Assembly: GCA_965208105.1 (NCBI GenBank) | Contig: OZ242318.1 | Coordinates: 4,576,001 to 4,640,000, forward strand | Source: Candidatus Latescibacterota bacterium | Lineage (GTDB): Bacteria; Latescibacterota; UBA2968; UBA8231 | DNA: 64,000 nt | Direction: 5' to 3' | Shown: positions 1 to 9,228 of the stretch, in pieces | Numbering within the stretch: the first letter of the stretch is position 1 | Layout of the letters: each line of letters begins with the position of its first letter | The notes under the pieces: generated by a model | Databases searched by the model: none | What the model saw: only the letters and a program-made list of their open reading frames with translations | Told to the model about the DNA's origin: nothing | Translations under genes and position numbers: made by a program

Positions 1-998
1 TTCAGGGCGATGTTTGAGCGGGCGAGTGCGCTGGTGACCACGGTGACCGCCCACACGCTGCGCCGCGAGATCTTCACCTCCCCGCCCTCTCGGAACCTGG
101 GGGTGGCGTGAATGCGGCGCAGGGTGAGCACGGCCATCCCCAGGGCCCACAGGCAGTGGCGGCGGATGCCCGTTTCACGCCTGGGAATGAGCAGGATGAA
201 GCGCAGGGCGTTGGCCAGATGGCGGCGGGCGATGGCCACCAGCTCGAGGAGTCCGGCGACGAAGCCGGGGTGGTCTTTTCCCCCGGGCAGGGATCCCAGC
301 TCGAAACCGGCATTGAGGAATACGTCGCGGGGCAGCCAGCAGGCGCCGCGCCGGCGATCGTCCCATACGTCTTTGAGGATGTTGGTCATCTGCAGCCCCT
401 GGCCGAAGGAGACCGCAAGGGCGAGCAGTTCCTGGCGCCGGCGGTCGATCTCGGCGGAGTAGTCGCAGAACAGCTCGGTGAGCATCTCGCCCACAACCCC
501 GGCGACGTGGTAGCAGTAACGGTCGAGCTGGGGCAGGTCGTCGAGACCGGCGGCGGTAGCACCCTGCTGGAACTCCGACATCCCTCGGGACATGATTTGG
601 ACGCAACGTTCGAGAGCTTTGCGTTGGGCGGGGCTGAAGCGGTTGGTGATGCGGATGACCCTGGCGGTGTTGGCGATCAGGTCATGCTCGTGGGGAGTCG
701 TGGAGGAGGAGAGCCGGGCGCACAGGTCGCGGGAGAAGGGTTCCGCATTTGCGCGGCCGGCAACGACTTCGACGAAGCGCGCGGAGAACGCCTGCTTCTC
801 CGCGGCGGACAGGGAAGGCTCGTCTTCAATGGTATCTGTGATGCGACAGAGGAGGTAGGCATTGCCCACCACCTCGCGCAGAGGGTCCGGAAGCTGGGGA
901 ATGGTCAAGGCGAACGTGCGGGAAACGCCCTGCAGGATATGCTCCTGGTAGGCGAGATCGCCGACCGTCGACCCGTTGAAGGAGGACGTGGTCATCAT
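1..998 (-). CDS. Squalene/phytoene synthase family protein (farnesyl-diphosphate farnesyltransferase-like); 3' end runs off the window
   Basis: Not in the ORF track because it is open at the edge. Manual translation from the ATG at 998 gives MMTTSSF...[16 protein letters not shown]...[14 protein letters not shown]...[12 protein letters not shown]...[14 protein letters not shown]...EVKISRR, i.e. the typical squalene synthase motifs. Confidence 0.9.
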   Translation of the reverse strand, partial: MMTTSSFNGSTVGDLAYQEHILQGVSRTFALTIPQLPDPLREVVGNAYLLCRITDTIEDEPSLSAAEKQAFSARFVEVVAGRANAEPFSRDLCARLSSSTTPHEHDLIANTARVIRITNRFSPAQRKALERCVQIMSRGMSEFQQGATAAGLDDLPQLDRYCYHVAGVVGEMLTELFCDYSAEIDRRRQELLALAVSFGQGLQMTNILKDVWDDRRRGACWLPRDVFLNAGFELGSLPGGKDHPGFVAGLLELVAIARRHLANALRFILLIPRRETGIRRHCLWALGMAVLTLRRIHATPRFREGGEVKISRRSVWAVTVVTSALARSNIAL

Positions 999-1030
999 GG
1001 CCTGTCGGAATCGATATCCAATGGTCAACT

Positions 1031-1059
1031 AGTGTACACGAAGGGGGGGAGCCTGTCAA
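1031..1059 (-). promoter_or_regulatory. Sigma70-type promoter upstream of the squalene synthase gene
   Basis: Minus strand reads TTGACA-N17-TACACT, about 33 bp upstream of the ATG. Confidence 0.65.
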
Positions 1060-1129
1060 GTTCCGGCGGATGTGAAAGAAGCGGATCACCGGGCGCGATT
1101 CCGGGCCCGGTGGAGGGGGATTGCAGCGC

Positions 1130-1537
1130 TCAATCGTGGTCCCGGTGCCAGCGCCGCTTCACCCGGTCGAAGCGGCGCGGTCCCATCACCTCCCTGAACC
1201 ACTTTTTGCGCTCCTCCATGCGCTCCCGCTGTTCAGGGGTCAGCAGGGTTCCGAGCTCGGCGTGGACCGAGTCCATCAGAGCCTGCATGGACTGCCGGTG
1301 GCGGCGGTCCAGTTCCCGCAGCCGGGGAGCGGCGCCTCGGAGGACGCGCCTGATTTCCCGGCGCTGGGCGGCGTCGCGGGGCTCGATGAATTTTTCCGTG
1401 AACGCGGCGAAATGGCCCGGGCGCGGGATGGCGCGGAACCGGTGCTGCAGGAACTGCCCGTAGGCCAGGGCTCCCAGGAGCATGCCGATGAGCAGTGTCG
1501 CGACGATAATGGCGGCGCTTTTGGCCTTGGCTTGCAT
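1130..1537 (-). CDS. Periplasmic Spy/CpxP-like (heavy-metal sensor-like) protein
   Basis: N-terminal TM/signal segment, Arg-rich helices and an LTPEQRE motif; third gene of the ECF sigma operon. Confidence 0.65.
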   Translation of the reverse strand: MQAKAKSAAIIVATLLIGMLLGALAYGQFLQHRFRAIPRPGHFAAFTEKFIEPRDAAQRREIRRVLRGAAPRLRELDRRHRQSMQALMDSVHAELGTLLTPEQRERMEERKKWFREVMGPRRFDRVKRRWHRDHD

Positions 1538-1544
1538 AGGTCTC

Positions 1545-1967
1545 TCACATGTCCAGGGCGTAGGTCGTCTCCAGGGTGGTTGGCGGCACGGCGAAAATCA
1601 CTTCCAGTGCGGTGGGTTCGGCCGCCAGGAGCTCCCTGTTGTTCCAGTTGTTCCAGGCTACGAGGGCTGTCAGCACAAGCGCCAGGGGCACCAGGGGCCG
1701 GAACAGCCTAAGAAGCCCGTCGGCGAGGATATCCGGTGCGGTGGCCCTTGACCTGGCCTCGATCCGGCGCATCACGCGGCTGGCGAAGAAGGGCCGGAAG
1801 GATGCGCTCCTGCTGTCCTCGAGCAGCCGCTGCACCTGCTGCATCTGCTCCCATTCCGCGCGCAATTCAGGTTTGCGGGCGAGAAGCTCGGCAAGGCGGA
1901 TTCTCTCTTCCGCGCTCCCTTCGTTCCCCAGAGCGCGCATCAACAACTCGCGGTCACTGTTGTCCAT
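1545..1967 (-). CDS. Putative membrane anti-sigma factor
   Basis: Overlaps the sigma stop codon; short cytoplasmic domain, PFFASRVMRRI motif and one TM helix. Confidence 0.7.
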   Translation of the reverse strand: MDNSDRELLMRALGNEGSAEERIRLAELLARKPELRAEWEQMQQVQRLLEDSRSASFRPFFASRVMRRIEARSRATAPDILADGLLRLFRPLVPLALVLTALVAWNNWNNRELLAAEPTALEVIFAVPPTTLETTYALDM

Positions 1968-2526
1968 AATCCTCCAGGGCGGACCCGAGAAGCCCCTTGA
2001 GCTTCTCCATTCCGCGGTAAAGCCGGGAGAGTACGGTTCCTTCCGGCAGGTTCAGCATGGCCGCGGTCTCCTTGGTGGAATAGCCGTCGATCATGCGCAG
2101 CACCACCACGGCGCGGTGCTCCGGTTTGAGTTCGGCGACCGCCGCCCGCACCCACTCCCCGCGCTCCCGTTTCTCCTCCTCGTCGCGTCCGTCGGCGGCC
2201 GGCGTCGCTCCGGCTTCCTCCTCGTCCAGGCTGCGGAAGCGTCCCCGTGCCCGCTTCCTGCGCTCGAGGGCGTTGAGGGACAGGTTGATGGCAATCCGGG
2301 TGAGATAGGTTCCCACCGCCGACTCGCCGCGGAACCGGTCGAGGGCGCCCCAGAACCGGATGAAGGTTTCCTGTCCCACATCCTCCGCGTCGGCGCCGTT
2401 TCCCAGCATGCCGATGGCGGTAGCCGCCACCAGGGGTTCGTACTTCTCGACCAGGACTCTGAAGGCAGCCTCGTTCCCCTTGCGCGCCTGATCGATGAGC
2501 TTCTGATCCGACCTGCTCTTCTCCAC
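1954..2526 (-). CDS. ECF-family RNA polymerase sigma factor
   Basis: Region 2 DAEDVGQETFIRFW...TYLTRIAIN and region 4 YSTKETAAMLNLPEGTVLSRLYRG. Confidence 0.95.
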   Translation of the reverse strand: MEKSRSDQKLIDQARKGNEAAFRVLVEKYEPLVAATAIGMLGNGADAEDVGQETFIRFWGALDRFRGESAVGTYLTRIAINLSLNALERRKRARGRFRSLDEEEAGATPAADGRDEEEKRERGEWVRAAVAELKPEHRAVVVLRMIDGYSTKETAAMLNLPEGTVLSRLYRGMEKLKGLLGSALEDYGQQ

Positions 2527-2596
2527 TATGATTTGACAGGGTATCGAGGCGTTTCATTCCCCTGGAAAAAAGATTGCACTTTCACTCTTCCCGTTC

Positions 2597-3628
2597 TCAG
2601 GGCACCGGAGACCAGCGCGGAAAGCGCACGCTGGGGGGAAGGTCCGGAACCTGGAAGAGGGCGCCGCTTTCGAGGTCCAGTATGAGAATGTGGGACTGGG
2701 TCAGAAAGGACGGGTCCACTTCCAGGGCTTCGAAAGCGATCATCCTGCCGTCGGGGGACCAGCTGGGATAGGCGGCGGCAGTAAACTGGCTCGACCCGAA
2801 GGTGTGCCGTCTCAGGTCACCGCCCACCGCGTTCATGGTGTAGATCTCGTACTGGTCGAAGTATACCCCTTCCGGGACCGTCTCCAGGTGCCGGGTGGAC
2901 TGGAAGGCGATTCTGTCTCCTGCAGGTGACCAGGACGGGGCTGAATTCCGGGAGTCGTCGCCCCCGACCAGGAGCACCCGGTTTGATCCGTCAGCGTCGA
3001 TCAGGTAGATGTCGGTCCCGTCGTGGCGGTCGCTCTGAAAGGCGATCCTGCTGCCGTCGGGGGACCAGGAGGGAAGCTGGTCCTCCCCCGGGGAACGGGT
3101 CAGGTTGGTCCTCGTGGTATCGTCCAGGGAGATGACGAAGATGTCCCATCCGTTGGCCGCCGAATCCACCCCCTGGTAAGCCATTCGGTCGCCCCCGGGG
3201 GACCAGGCGGGAGCGCGGATAGCCCCGGCGTAATCCAGCACCATGCGGCGCCCTTTGCCCTCCGAGTTCATCAGGTAGAGCCGGTAAACCGGGCTGGACC
3301 CCAGGCTGGTGACGTAGGCGATCCGTCCTCCGTCGGGGGACCAGGAGGGCCACAGGTAGTTGGCCGGATCGTTCGCGTCGTTGAGGGCCACCAGATTCTT
3401 GCCGTCTGGGCGCACGTGGTAGAGGTGGAAGCGGCCGCTTACCGCCCCTTCGACGAAGGCGATCCGGCCCAGCCCGGGGAGGCTGGAAAAGGCCCCCTGC
3501 AGATCTTCGCTGCAGCCGCCGTCACCGCAAAAGGCTGGCCCGGCGATTGGATTGGTGCCGCAGCCGCCCAGCAGAGCTGCGGCGCCAATGGTGCAGAGGA
3601 CTATGGCGGTACGGTTGAAGAGAGGCAC
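2597..3628 (-). CDS. TolB-like beta-propeller (PD40 repeat) lipoprotein
   Basis: Lipobox LGGC and repeated PSWSPDG..IAF motifs. Confidence 0.9.
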   Translation of the reverse strand: MPLFNRTAIVLCTIGAAALLGGCGTNPIAGPAFCGDGGCSEDLQGAFSSLPGLGRIAFVEGAVSGRFHLYHVRPDGKNLVALNDANDPANYLWPSWSPDGGRIAYVTSLGSSPVYRLYLMNSEGKGRRMVLDYAGAIRAPAWSPGGDRMAYQGVDSAANGWDIFVISLDDTTRTNLTRSPGEDQLPSWSPDGSRIAFQSDRHDGTDIYLIDADGSNRVLLVGGDDSRNSAPSWSPAGDRIAFQSTRHLETVPEGVYFDQYEIYTMNAVGGDLRRHTFGSSQFTAAAYPSWSPDGRMIAFEALEVDPSFLTQSHILILDLESGALFQVPDLPPSVRFPRWSPVP

Positions 3629-3717
3629 TGGTTCGTCGTCCTGCGTCGGAAGGAGTAGCGGTTACCGGCGCTGATTGTCGCGGTGGTGATTGCCCCGACT
3701 CCAAGGGACAATAATTC

Positions 3718-3747
3718 AAACTAGATGTAGCTCTGGCGCCGCGTCAA
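3718..3747 (-). promoter_or_regulatory. Possible sigma70 promoter for the TolB-like gene
   Basis: TTGACG-N18-TAGTTT on the minus strand. Confidence 0.35.
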
Positions 3748-3992
3748 GATGGGAGGTTCATCCTGAATGGTATTTTAAAGAAGAAAGCGGAAATTGAAGG
3801 ATTTAGTGGACCGTTTTGTCCTGCTTGCAGTTGAGGGGAAATCAGTAGGATATTTGTCAAATATTTTTTAGTTTACTGGTGTAAAATCGGAAACGAGATT
3901 CAAGGGCAATGACGCCGGCAAGAAAAATTTTATTCGAGACTTTGGGAATCGGCAATTGTCTGCCTGGGTATAAACGCGAAAGGAGAGGAGAG

Positions 3993-4523
3993 ATGAATCG
4001 GATTAAATTGGCAGTCTCAATTCCAGGAAGGACATTCCCGAAAAATGGTCGCACAGGATTTTCGATTCTCGCCGCCGCCTTGATTTTTCTGGGCTGCTCG
4101 CGCTCCGGCCACCATCCCGACCCCATAGCGCCCGAGATCCCGAGCTCCCCCTACGACATAGAAGCCGGCGCGATAATTTTTTCGAACAGTGCACCCGAAA
4201 ATCTTTCTCAGCGACCGGTCAACAGGAATAAAGATATTTGGATTCATTGGGTGATTTACAACGTTGGGATCGAACCGATTCCCTCGCAGTCGATTTTGTT
4301 GCAAGTGCTCATCGATGGAAAGGTGTCTTCCTACGGCTTTTCGAACCCAACTCCTGTACGACCGGGTAGTTATTTTTCGGCTGGCAGACGCGGGCCTTTT
4401 GCAAGGTACTTTGAAGAAGCGAGGCAGTACGAAATCAAATTGAAGGTTCGCCTACAGAGCCAACTCGGCGAGACCAATCTGGACAACAATGAAATCACCC
4501 GCTTTGTCGATGTGACGGAATGA
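3993..4523 (+). CDS. Array lipoprotein L1 (CARDB/Ig-like domain)
   Basis: RBS AGGAGAGGAG; lipobox FLGC followed by SRSGHHPDPIAP; NVG and GETNLDNNE motifs typical of CARDB-like beta-sandwiches. Confidence 0.8.
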   Translation: MNRIKLAVSIPGRTFPKNGRTGFSILAAALIFLGCSRSGHHPDPIAPEIPSSPYDIEAGAIIFSNSAPENLSQRPVNRNKDIWIHWVIYNVGIEPIPSQSILLQVLIDGKVSSYGFSNPTPVRPGSYFSAGRRGPFARYFEEARQYEIKLKVRLQSQLGETNLDNNEITRFVDVTE

Positions 4524-4589
4524 TGTGGGAGGAGAGGATTCAGCGGTGACAGTTGCTGCACCCACGCTACCAAAGGCTGTTTACTGACG

Positions 4590-5066
4590 ATGTTACATTG
4601 TTCAGTCTGTATTCTTGCAACCTTGCTTTTGGCTGGCTGCTCGCGCTCCGGCCACCATCCCGAACCGATAGCGCCAGAGATCCCGCGCTCCCCCTACGAC
4701 ATAGAAGCCGGCAACATAAGATTTTTGAACGATGAACACATAAAGCGTTCTCAACCACCGGTCAATAGGAATAAAGATATTCGGGTAGCTTGGGAAATTA
4801 ACAACGTAGGGATCGAACCGATTCCCTCCCAGGCGATTTTGTTGACAGTGTTAATCGATGGAAAGGTGTCTTCCTACGGCTTTTCGAACCCTGATCCTGT
4901 ACGTCCTGGTAAAGCCTTTGCCGGTGGCAAACGCGGGGCTTTTGCAAGGTACTTTGAAGAAGCGAGGCAGTACGAAATCAAATTGAAGGTTCGCCTGCCG
5001 AGCAAGCTCGGCGAGACAAATCTGGACAACAATGAATTCACCCGCTTTATCGAGGTGACGGAATAA
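4590..5066 (+). CDS. Array lipoprotein L2 (close paralog of L1)
   Basis: LAGC-SRSGHHPEPIAP...GETNLDNNE; long DNA stretches near-identical to L1. Confidence 0.8.
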   Translation: MLHCSVCILATLLLAGCSRSGHHPEPIAPEIPRSPYDIEAGNIRFLNDEHIKRSQPPVNRNKDIRVAWEINNVGIEPIPSQAILLTVLIDGKVSSYGFSNPDPVRPGKAFAGGKRGAFARYFEEARQYEIKLKVRLPSKLGETNLDNNEFTRFIEVTE

Positions 5067-5109
5067 CGGAGATCGGGCAGGGCCGGTTAATCGTTCTTTT
5101 CCCCACACC

Positions 5110-6492
5110 ATGCCTACTCAATTTCAAAGCCGCAGTCGTCTGTTCAAGTTTATCCTCCTGGCGGGGCTGCTGCACCTGATGCTTATCGTCGCGATTGGGG
5201 TGCGCACGATATATGAGGTCAAAGAGCCCACCATGTCGGGAAAGTTCGTCAAACGCCGGCCGCTGCAGCAGCCGGTATTGCGGCGCCCTCTGCTTCAACC
5301 TTCCCCCGTGCGCCGGCTGGAGCGCATTGTGGAGGCACCCCGCGCTTACTCCAGGGCCGTGGTCCAGCGAGCATTGAGCCCGGTTTCCCCCCGGTTGCTG
5401 TCGAGCCGCCATGTGCTGCCCTCGCTGCTGCCGAGACCCCTGCGACCGTCCGGTAGTTTTCGCGGCAGCGGCCGCCTGCGGTCCTCGGCGGCCGGGATCG
5501 AGATTCGGGCCGAAGACCACATGGACCTGGGTCTGGAACTGTTGGACGTGGACGCCTTCGATACGGGGCGTTATCGCGGCCTGGTGGTGCAGGACCCGAT
5601 GGACAAGCGCAAGCTGCAGGGTTTCGTGCGCTTCTCCGCGGTGGAGATACGTTCCGCCTCGGAGAATACGGCCGATCTCTTCTGGGGTCTGCCCGTTGCC
5701 GCGGCGCGCGCTATCGATCAAGGTGCCGCTTACTTTCCGGATTGGCGCCATTCGGCGAATGTTCGGGCGCTGCACAGCCTGGCGATGGAACTGGAGGCGG
5801 AGACCGAGTTGAGCGCCGTGGTGGACGAGAACGCCACCCTGGACGCACCTGAGGTCCTGTCCAGTCCGTTCATCATGCTGACCAGCATGGTGGAGTTCGA
5901 GCCGACGGAATCCGAAGTCGCCAAGCTGGGTCGTTATCTGACCTCGGGAGGTTTTGCCTACGTGGAGCAGGTGGGCTCGGATGTTCATGGACAGGTGACC
6001 GGGACCTATCCCGAGGTGATTTCCTTGCGTTCCCTGGTGCGCCGGGCACTCGCAACTCAGGGACTGCGAGAAGGTAGCGACTGGAGGTTCGAACCGCTGT
6101 CGCTGGACCATCCGCTTTTTCACAGCTATTTCGACATCCACACCCTGCCTGTCAACTACTGGCAGGCGACCTATGCCGATCGCGAAGGGGTTTCCGAGAA
6201 GCGTGGAGCCTCTCGATACCCTACCGATGAGTATATCCCGCACTATATAGAGGGGATTCACCTGGAAGGCCGGCTGGTGCTGGTGTATTCGCAGCAGAAC
6301 TACCGCGATTTCTGGTCGAAACGCCCGGAGCGGGCGCTGACCGAGTCGTCCCGATACCGGCTGACCGATTTCGTCCGAATGCCCCTCCATCGTCCGAGCA
6401 GCACGCCGGCCATTCGCCTGGGCATCAACGTGGTGGTCTACGCTCTGACCCAGGAAGGCTCCTTGGCTCGGCGCCTGGTCAAGGCGAAGTGA
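5110..6492 (+). CDS. DUF4159-domain protein D1 with N-terminal TM anchor and Pro/Arg-rich linker
   Basis: LGRYLTSGGF, LDHPLFHSYFD, IEGIHLEGRLVLVYS and AIRLGINVVVYALT are DUF4159 hallmarks; TM segment FILLAGLLHLMLIVAIG. Confidence 0.85.
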   Translation: MPTQFQSRSRLFKFILLAGLLHLMLIVAIGVRTIYEVKEPTMSGKFVKRRPLQQPVLRRPLLQPSPVRRLERIVEAPRAYSRAVVQRALSPVSPRLLSSRHVLPSLLPRPLRPSGSFRGSGRLRSSAAGIEIRAEDHMDLGLELLDVDAFDTGRYRGLVVQDPMDKRKLQGFVRFSAVEIRSASENTADLFWGLPVAAARAIDQGAAYFPDWRHSANVRALHSLAMELEAETELSAVVDENATLDAPEVLSSPFIMLTSMVEFEPTESEVAKLGRYLTSGGFAYVEQVGSDVHGQVTGTYPEVISLRSLVRRALATQGLREGSDWRFEPLSLDHPLFHSYFDIHTLPVNYWQATYADREGVSEKRGASRYPTDEYIPHYIEGIHLEGRLVLVYSQQNYRDFWSKRPERALTESSRYRLTDFVRMPLHRPSSTPAIRLGINVVVYALTQEGSLARRLVKAK

Positions 6493-6673
6493 GTTTATTG
6501 AGCACCCATCAATCTCGAACAAACGTTGCTTAGAAATGAAACATATTGGGGTAGCTTTTGAGGGAAAGTCATTGAGCAGAAACCGATCGCCCGATGTATA
6601 CGAAAATCCTTAACCCCTGGTTTCCTTCAGAGCCACCTTGGGAGTAATTTTGAAGATCAGGAAGGAGGCGGCA

Positions 6674-7189
6674 ATGACGAAGTTCTCGCGCGTGGGATTT
6701 TTCATTCTCCTCTTGGCTGGCTGCTCTCGTTCCGGCCACCATCCTGAACCGATCGCTCCCCAGAATACGCGCTCGCCCTATGATGTAGAGGCACACGCGA
6801 TCAGGGTATACAAGACTGGTGTCCAGGGGCAGAAATCAGGACTGAAGGACCCTCAGGTAACGCTAAATATCGCAGATTCGATCGCTGCCCGAGTCCGTAT
6901 TTATTTGCGAAACGTGGGGCAGGCCGTTTTGCCGGAAGGATCTATGCACTACAAGGTCACGATAAATGACACACGGTTTTCAACTGACGGAGGATACGGT
7001 AATTCGACTCCAAAGAAACAAGAAAAATTTTTGATTATAACAATGCCAGTCAAAACTATCCTGCGCACTTACAAGTTGAACAAACCCGGTCGCTACGAGG
7101 TCGTGTTACGGGTTTGGCTTGACGAAGAATTGGGTGAAACAAATCTCGACAACAATGAGTTGATTCACTTCTTCCATGTGGAAGAATAG
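6674..7189 (+). CDS. Array lipoprotein L3
   Basis: RBS AAGGAGG; LAGC-SRSGHHPEPIAP...GETNLDNNE. Confidence 0.8.
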   Translation: MTKFSRVGFFILLLAGCSRSGHHPEPIAPQNTRSPYDVEAHAIRVYKTGVQGQKSGLKDPQVTLNIADSIAARVRIYLRNVGQAVLPEGSMHYKVTINDTRFSTDGGYGNSTPKKQEKFLIITMPVKTILRTYKLNKPGRYEVVLRVWLDEELGETNLDNNELIHFFHVEE

Positions 7190-7292
7190 AGGAGTTCGGG
7201 TTGGACCGGCGGACCACTCCAAGTTTTTTTCAATTGTTTTGATGTTGGAGAGTATTCTTTATGAAGAAAGCGATCGGATTTGAAGGGCTGAG
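7190..7292 (+). repeat. L3-L4 intergenic spacer, duplicated at 8609-8712
   Basis: Near-identical to the L5-L6 spacer (aggag.tcgggtt.gaccgg.ggaccactccaa...ggagagtattctttatgaaga...gatcggatttgaagggctgag). Confidence 0.9.
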
Positions 7293-7823
7293 ATGACAAG
7301 GATCTTACCTGTAGTTTCGGTTACTCTTCTTTTGGTTGGCTGCTCCCGCTCCGGGCATCATCCCGACCCCATAGCGCCGGTTCAGGCCAAGTCGGAGTAT
7401 GATATATGGGCAAAATCGGTTCGGGTGTACAAGGATTCAGCTGACGCCCACACCTACCGACGGGCACTGCCCCCTCAGCGAACTCTTAGTTTGGCAGACT
7501 CGACCTCTGCAATTGTCTATTATAGTATTCAAAACGTGGGGTCGGCCACGTTGCCGATAGGATCCATCCGCCACAGTATCACGATCAATGGCAAGCCGTT
7601 CGTACCTGATGGACACGACAATTTTCAACCAAAACCACCGGGGGGAAGTGCTTCGGGAGGGTACCCAGTCAAAAATTCCAATTTCACTGGACGCAAGTGG
7701 GGACGCAAGTTTAACAAACCCGGCCGCTACGAGGTCCGGCTTCAGGCTTGGCTTGACGAACGCTTTGGTGAAACGAATCTCGACGACAATGTGTTGGTTC
7801 ACTACGTCGATGTGAAAGAATAG
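7293..7823 (+). CDS. Array lipoprotein L4 (most divergent body)
   Basis: LVGC-SRSGHHPDPIAP...NKPGRYEVR...GETNLDDN. Confidence 0.8.
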   Translation: MTRILPVVSVTLLLVGCSRSGHHPDPIAPVQAKSEYDIWAKSVRVYKDSADAHTYRRALPPQRTLSLADSTSAIVYYSIQNVGSATLPIGSIRHSITINGKPFVPDGHDNFQPKPPGGSASGGYPVKNSNFTGRKWGRKFNKPGRYEVRLQAWLDERFGETNLDDNVLVHYVDVKE

Positions 7824-7867
7824 AGGAGATCGGGTAGGACGGGTGAGTCGAGTCTAATCCCCAAACC

Positions 7868-7981
7868 ATGCGTACTCAATTTCACAGCCGCAGTCGTCTG
7901 TTCAAGTTCATCCTCCTGGCGGGGCTGCTGCACCTGCTGCTTGTCGTCGCGATTGGGGTGCGCACGATAGCGGAGGAATAA
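7868..7981 (+). pseudogene. Truncated DUF4159-protein copy encoding only the 37-aa TM anchor
   Basis: MRTQFHSRSRLFKFILLAGLLHLLLVVAIGVRTIAEE*; the first 102 nt are almost identical to the start of D2 (9272), then homology stops abruptly. Confidence 0.8.
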
Positions 7982-8092
7982 CGGCTGTAGGTATACTCGC
8001 CACCATCTGACAATGAGTCGGATAAGCTGGAAGGCCGCATAGAGATTAATACCCTCTCACTCCACTGAAACTGGGCACTTGGGTGGCTTTTA

Positions 8093-8608
8093 ATGACGAA
8101 AATGGCATATGTGGTTTTTGCGCTTTTGGTTTTAATCGGCTGTTCACGTTCCGGCCACCATCCCGACCCGATCGCTCCCCAGAATACGCGCTCGCCCTAT
8201 GATATAGAGGCACACGCGATCAGGGTATACCAGACTGGGGTCCAGAGGCAGAAATCAGGACTGAAGGACCCTCAGGTAACGCTTAATATCGCAGATTCGA
8301 TCTCTGCCCAGGTCGGTATTTGGATGCGGAACGTGGGGCAGGCCGTTTTGCCGGAAGGCTCTATGCACTTCAAGGTCACGATAAATGACACACGGTTCTC
8401 AACTGACGGAGGATACGGTAATCCGGATCCAAGAAAGCCGGGGAAGTTTGAAATCTGGTTCCTTCCAGTCAAAACTATCCTGCGCACTTACAAGTTGAAC
8501 AAACCCGGTCGCTACGAGGTCGTGTTTCGGGTTTGGCTTGACGAAAAATTTGGTGAAACGAATCTCGACAACAATGAGTTGATTCACTTCTTCCATGTGG
8601 AAGAGTAG
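8093..8608 (+). CDS. Array lipoprotein L5 (close paralog of L3 and L6)
   Basis: LIGC-SRSGHHPDPIAPQNTRSPYD...GETNLDNNE. Confidence 0.8.
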   Translation: MTKMAYVVFALLVLIGCSRSGHHPDPIAPQNTRSPYDIEAHAIRVYQTGVQRQKSGLKDPQVTLNIADSISAQVGIWMRNVGQAVLPEGSMHFKVTINDTRFSTDGGYGNPDPRKPGKFEIWFLPVKTILRTYKLNKPGRYEVVFRVWLDEKFGETNLDNNELIHFFHVEE

Positions 8609-8712
8609 AGGAGATCGGGTTTGACCGGTGGACCACTCCAAATTTTTTTCAAATTGTTATGATGCTGGAGAGTATTCTTTATGAAGATGGGGATCGGATT
8701 TGAAGGGCTGAG
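8609..8712 (+). repeat. L5-L6 intergenic spacer, duplicate of 7190-7292
   Basis: Direct sequence comparison. Confidence 0.9.
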
Positions 8713-9228
8713 ATGACAAGGATCTTACCTGTAGTTTCGGTTACTCTTCTTTTGGTTGGCTGCTCCCGCTCCGGCCACCATCCTGAACCGATAGCTCCCC
8801 AGAATACGCGCTCGCCCTATGATATAGAGGCCCACGCCGTTAGGGTATACAAGACTGGGGTCCAAGGGCAGAAATCAGGACTGAAGGACCCTCAGGTAAC
8901 GCTTAATGTTGCAGATTCGATCGCTGCCCGGGTCGGTATTTGGATGCGGAACGTGGGGCAGGTCATTTTGCCGGAAGGATCTATGCACTACAAGGTCACG
9001 ATCAATGACAAGCGGCTCTCAACTGACGGAGGATACGGTAATTCGGCTCCAAAGAATCCGGGAAAGTTTCAAATCTACTACATTCCAGTCAAAACTATCC
9101 TGCGCACTTACAAGTTGAATAAACCCGGTCGCTACGAGGTCGTGTTTCGGGTTTGGCTTGACGAAGAATTTGGTGAAACGAATCTCGACAACAATGAGTT
9201 GATTCACTACTTCGATGTGGAAGAATAG
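8713..9228 (+). CDS. Array lipoprotein L6 (L4 signal peptide on an L3/L5-type body)
   Basis: MTRILPVVSVTLLLVGC is identical to L4; the mature domain is near-identical to L3/L5. Confidence 0.8.
   Translation: MTRILPVVSVTLLLVGCSRSGHHPEPIAPQNTRSPYDIEAHAVRVYKTGVQGQKSGLKDPQVTLNVADSIAARVGIWMRNVGQVILPEGSMHYKVTINDKRLSTDGGYGNSAPKNPGKFQIYYIPVKTILRTYKLNKPGRYEVVFRVWLDEEFGETNLDNNELIHYFDVEE

Noticed and set aside
108-1463. 451-aa plus-strand ORF
   Set aside because: Antisense shadow of the squalene synthase and Spy-like genes on the minus strand.
2527-2596. Autoregulatory ECF promoter upstream of the sigma gene
   Set aside because: GAAAC and GTCAAA-like elements are present on the minus strand, but their spacing does not fit a consensus I can support.
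6990-9100. Diversity-generating retroelement acting on the lipoprotein variable patches
   Set aside because: Many differences between L3 and L5/L6 fall at adenines, but non-A changes also occur (TTG/CAA/GAA, ATT/ATC, TCG/CCG). There is no non-coding template repeat and no reverse transcriptase in the window.
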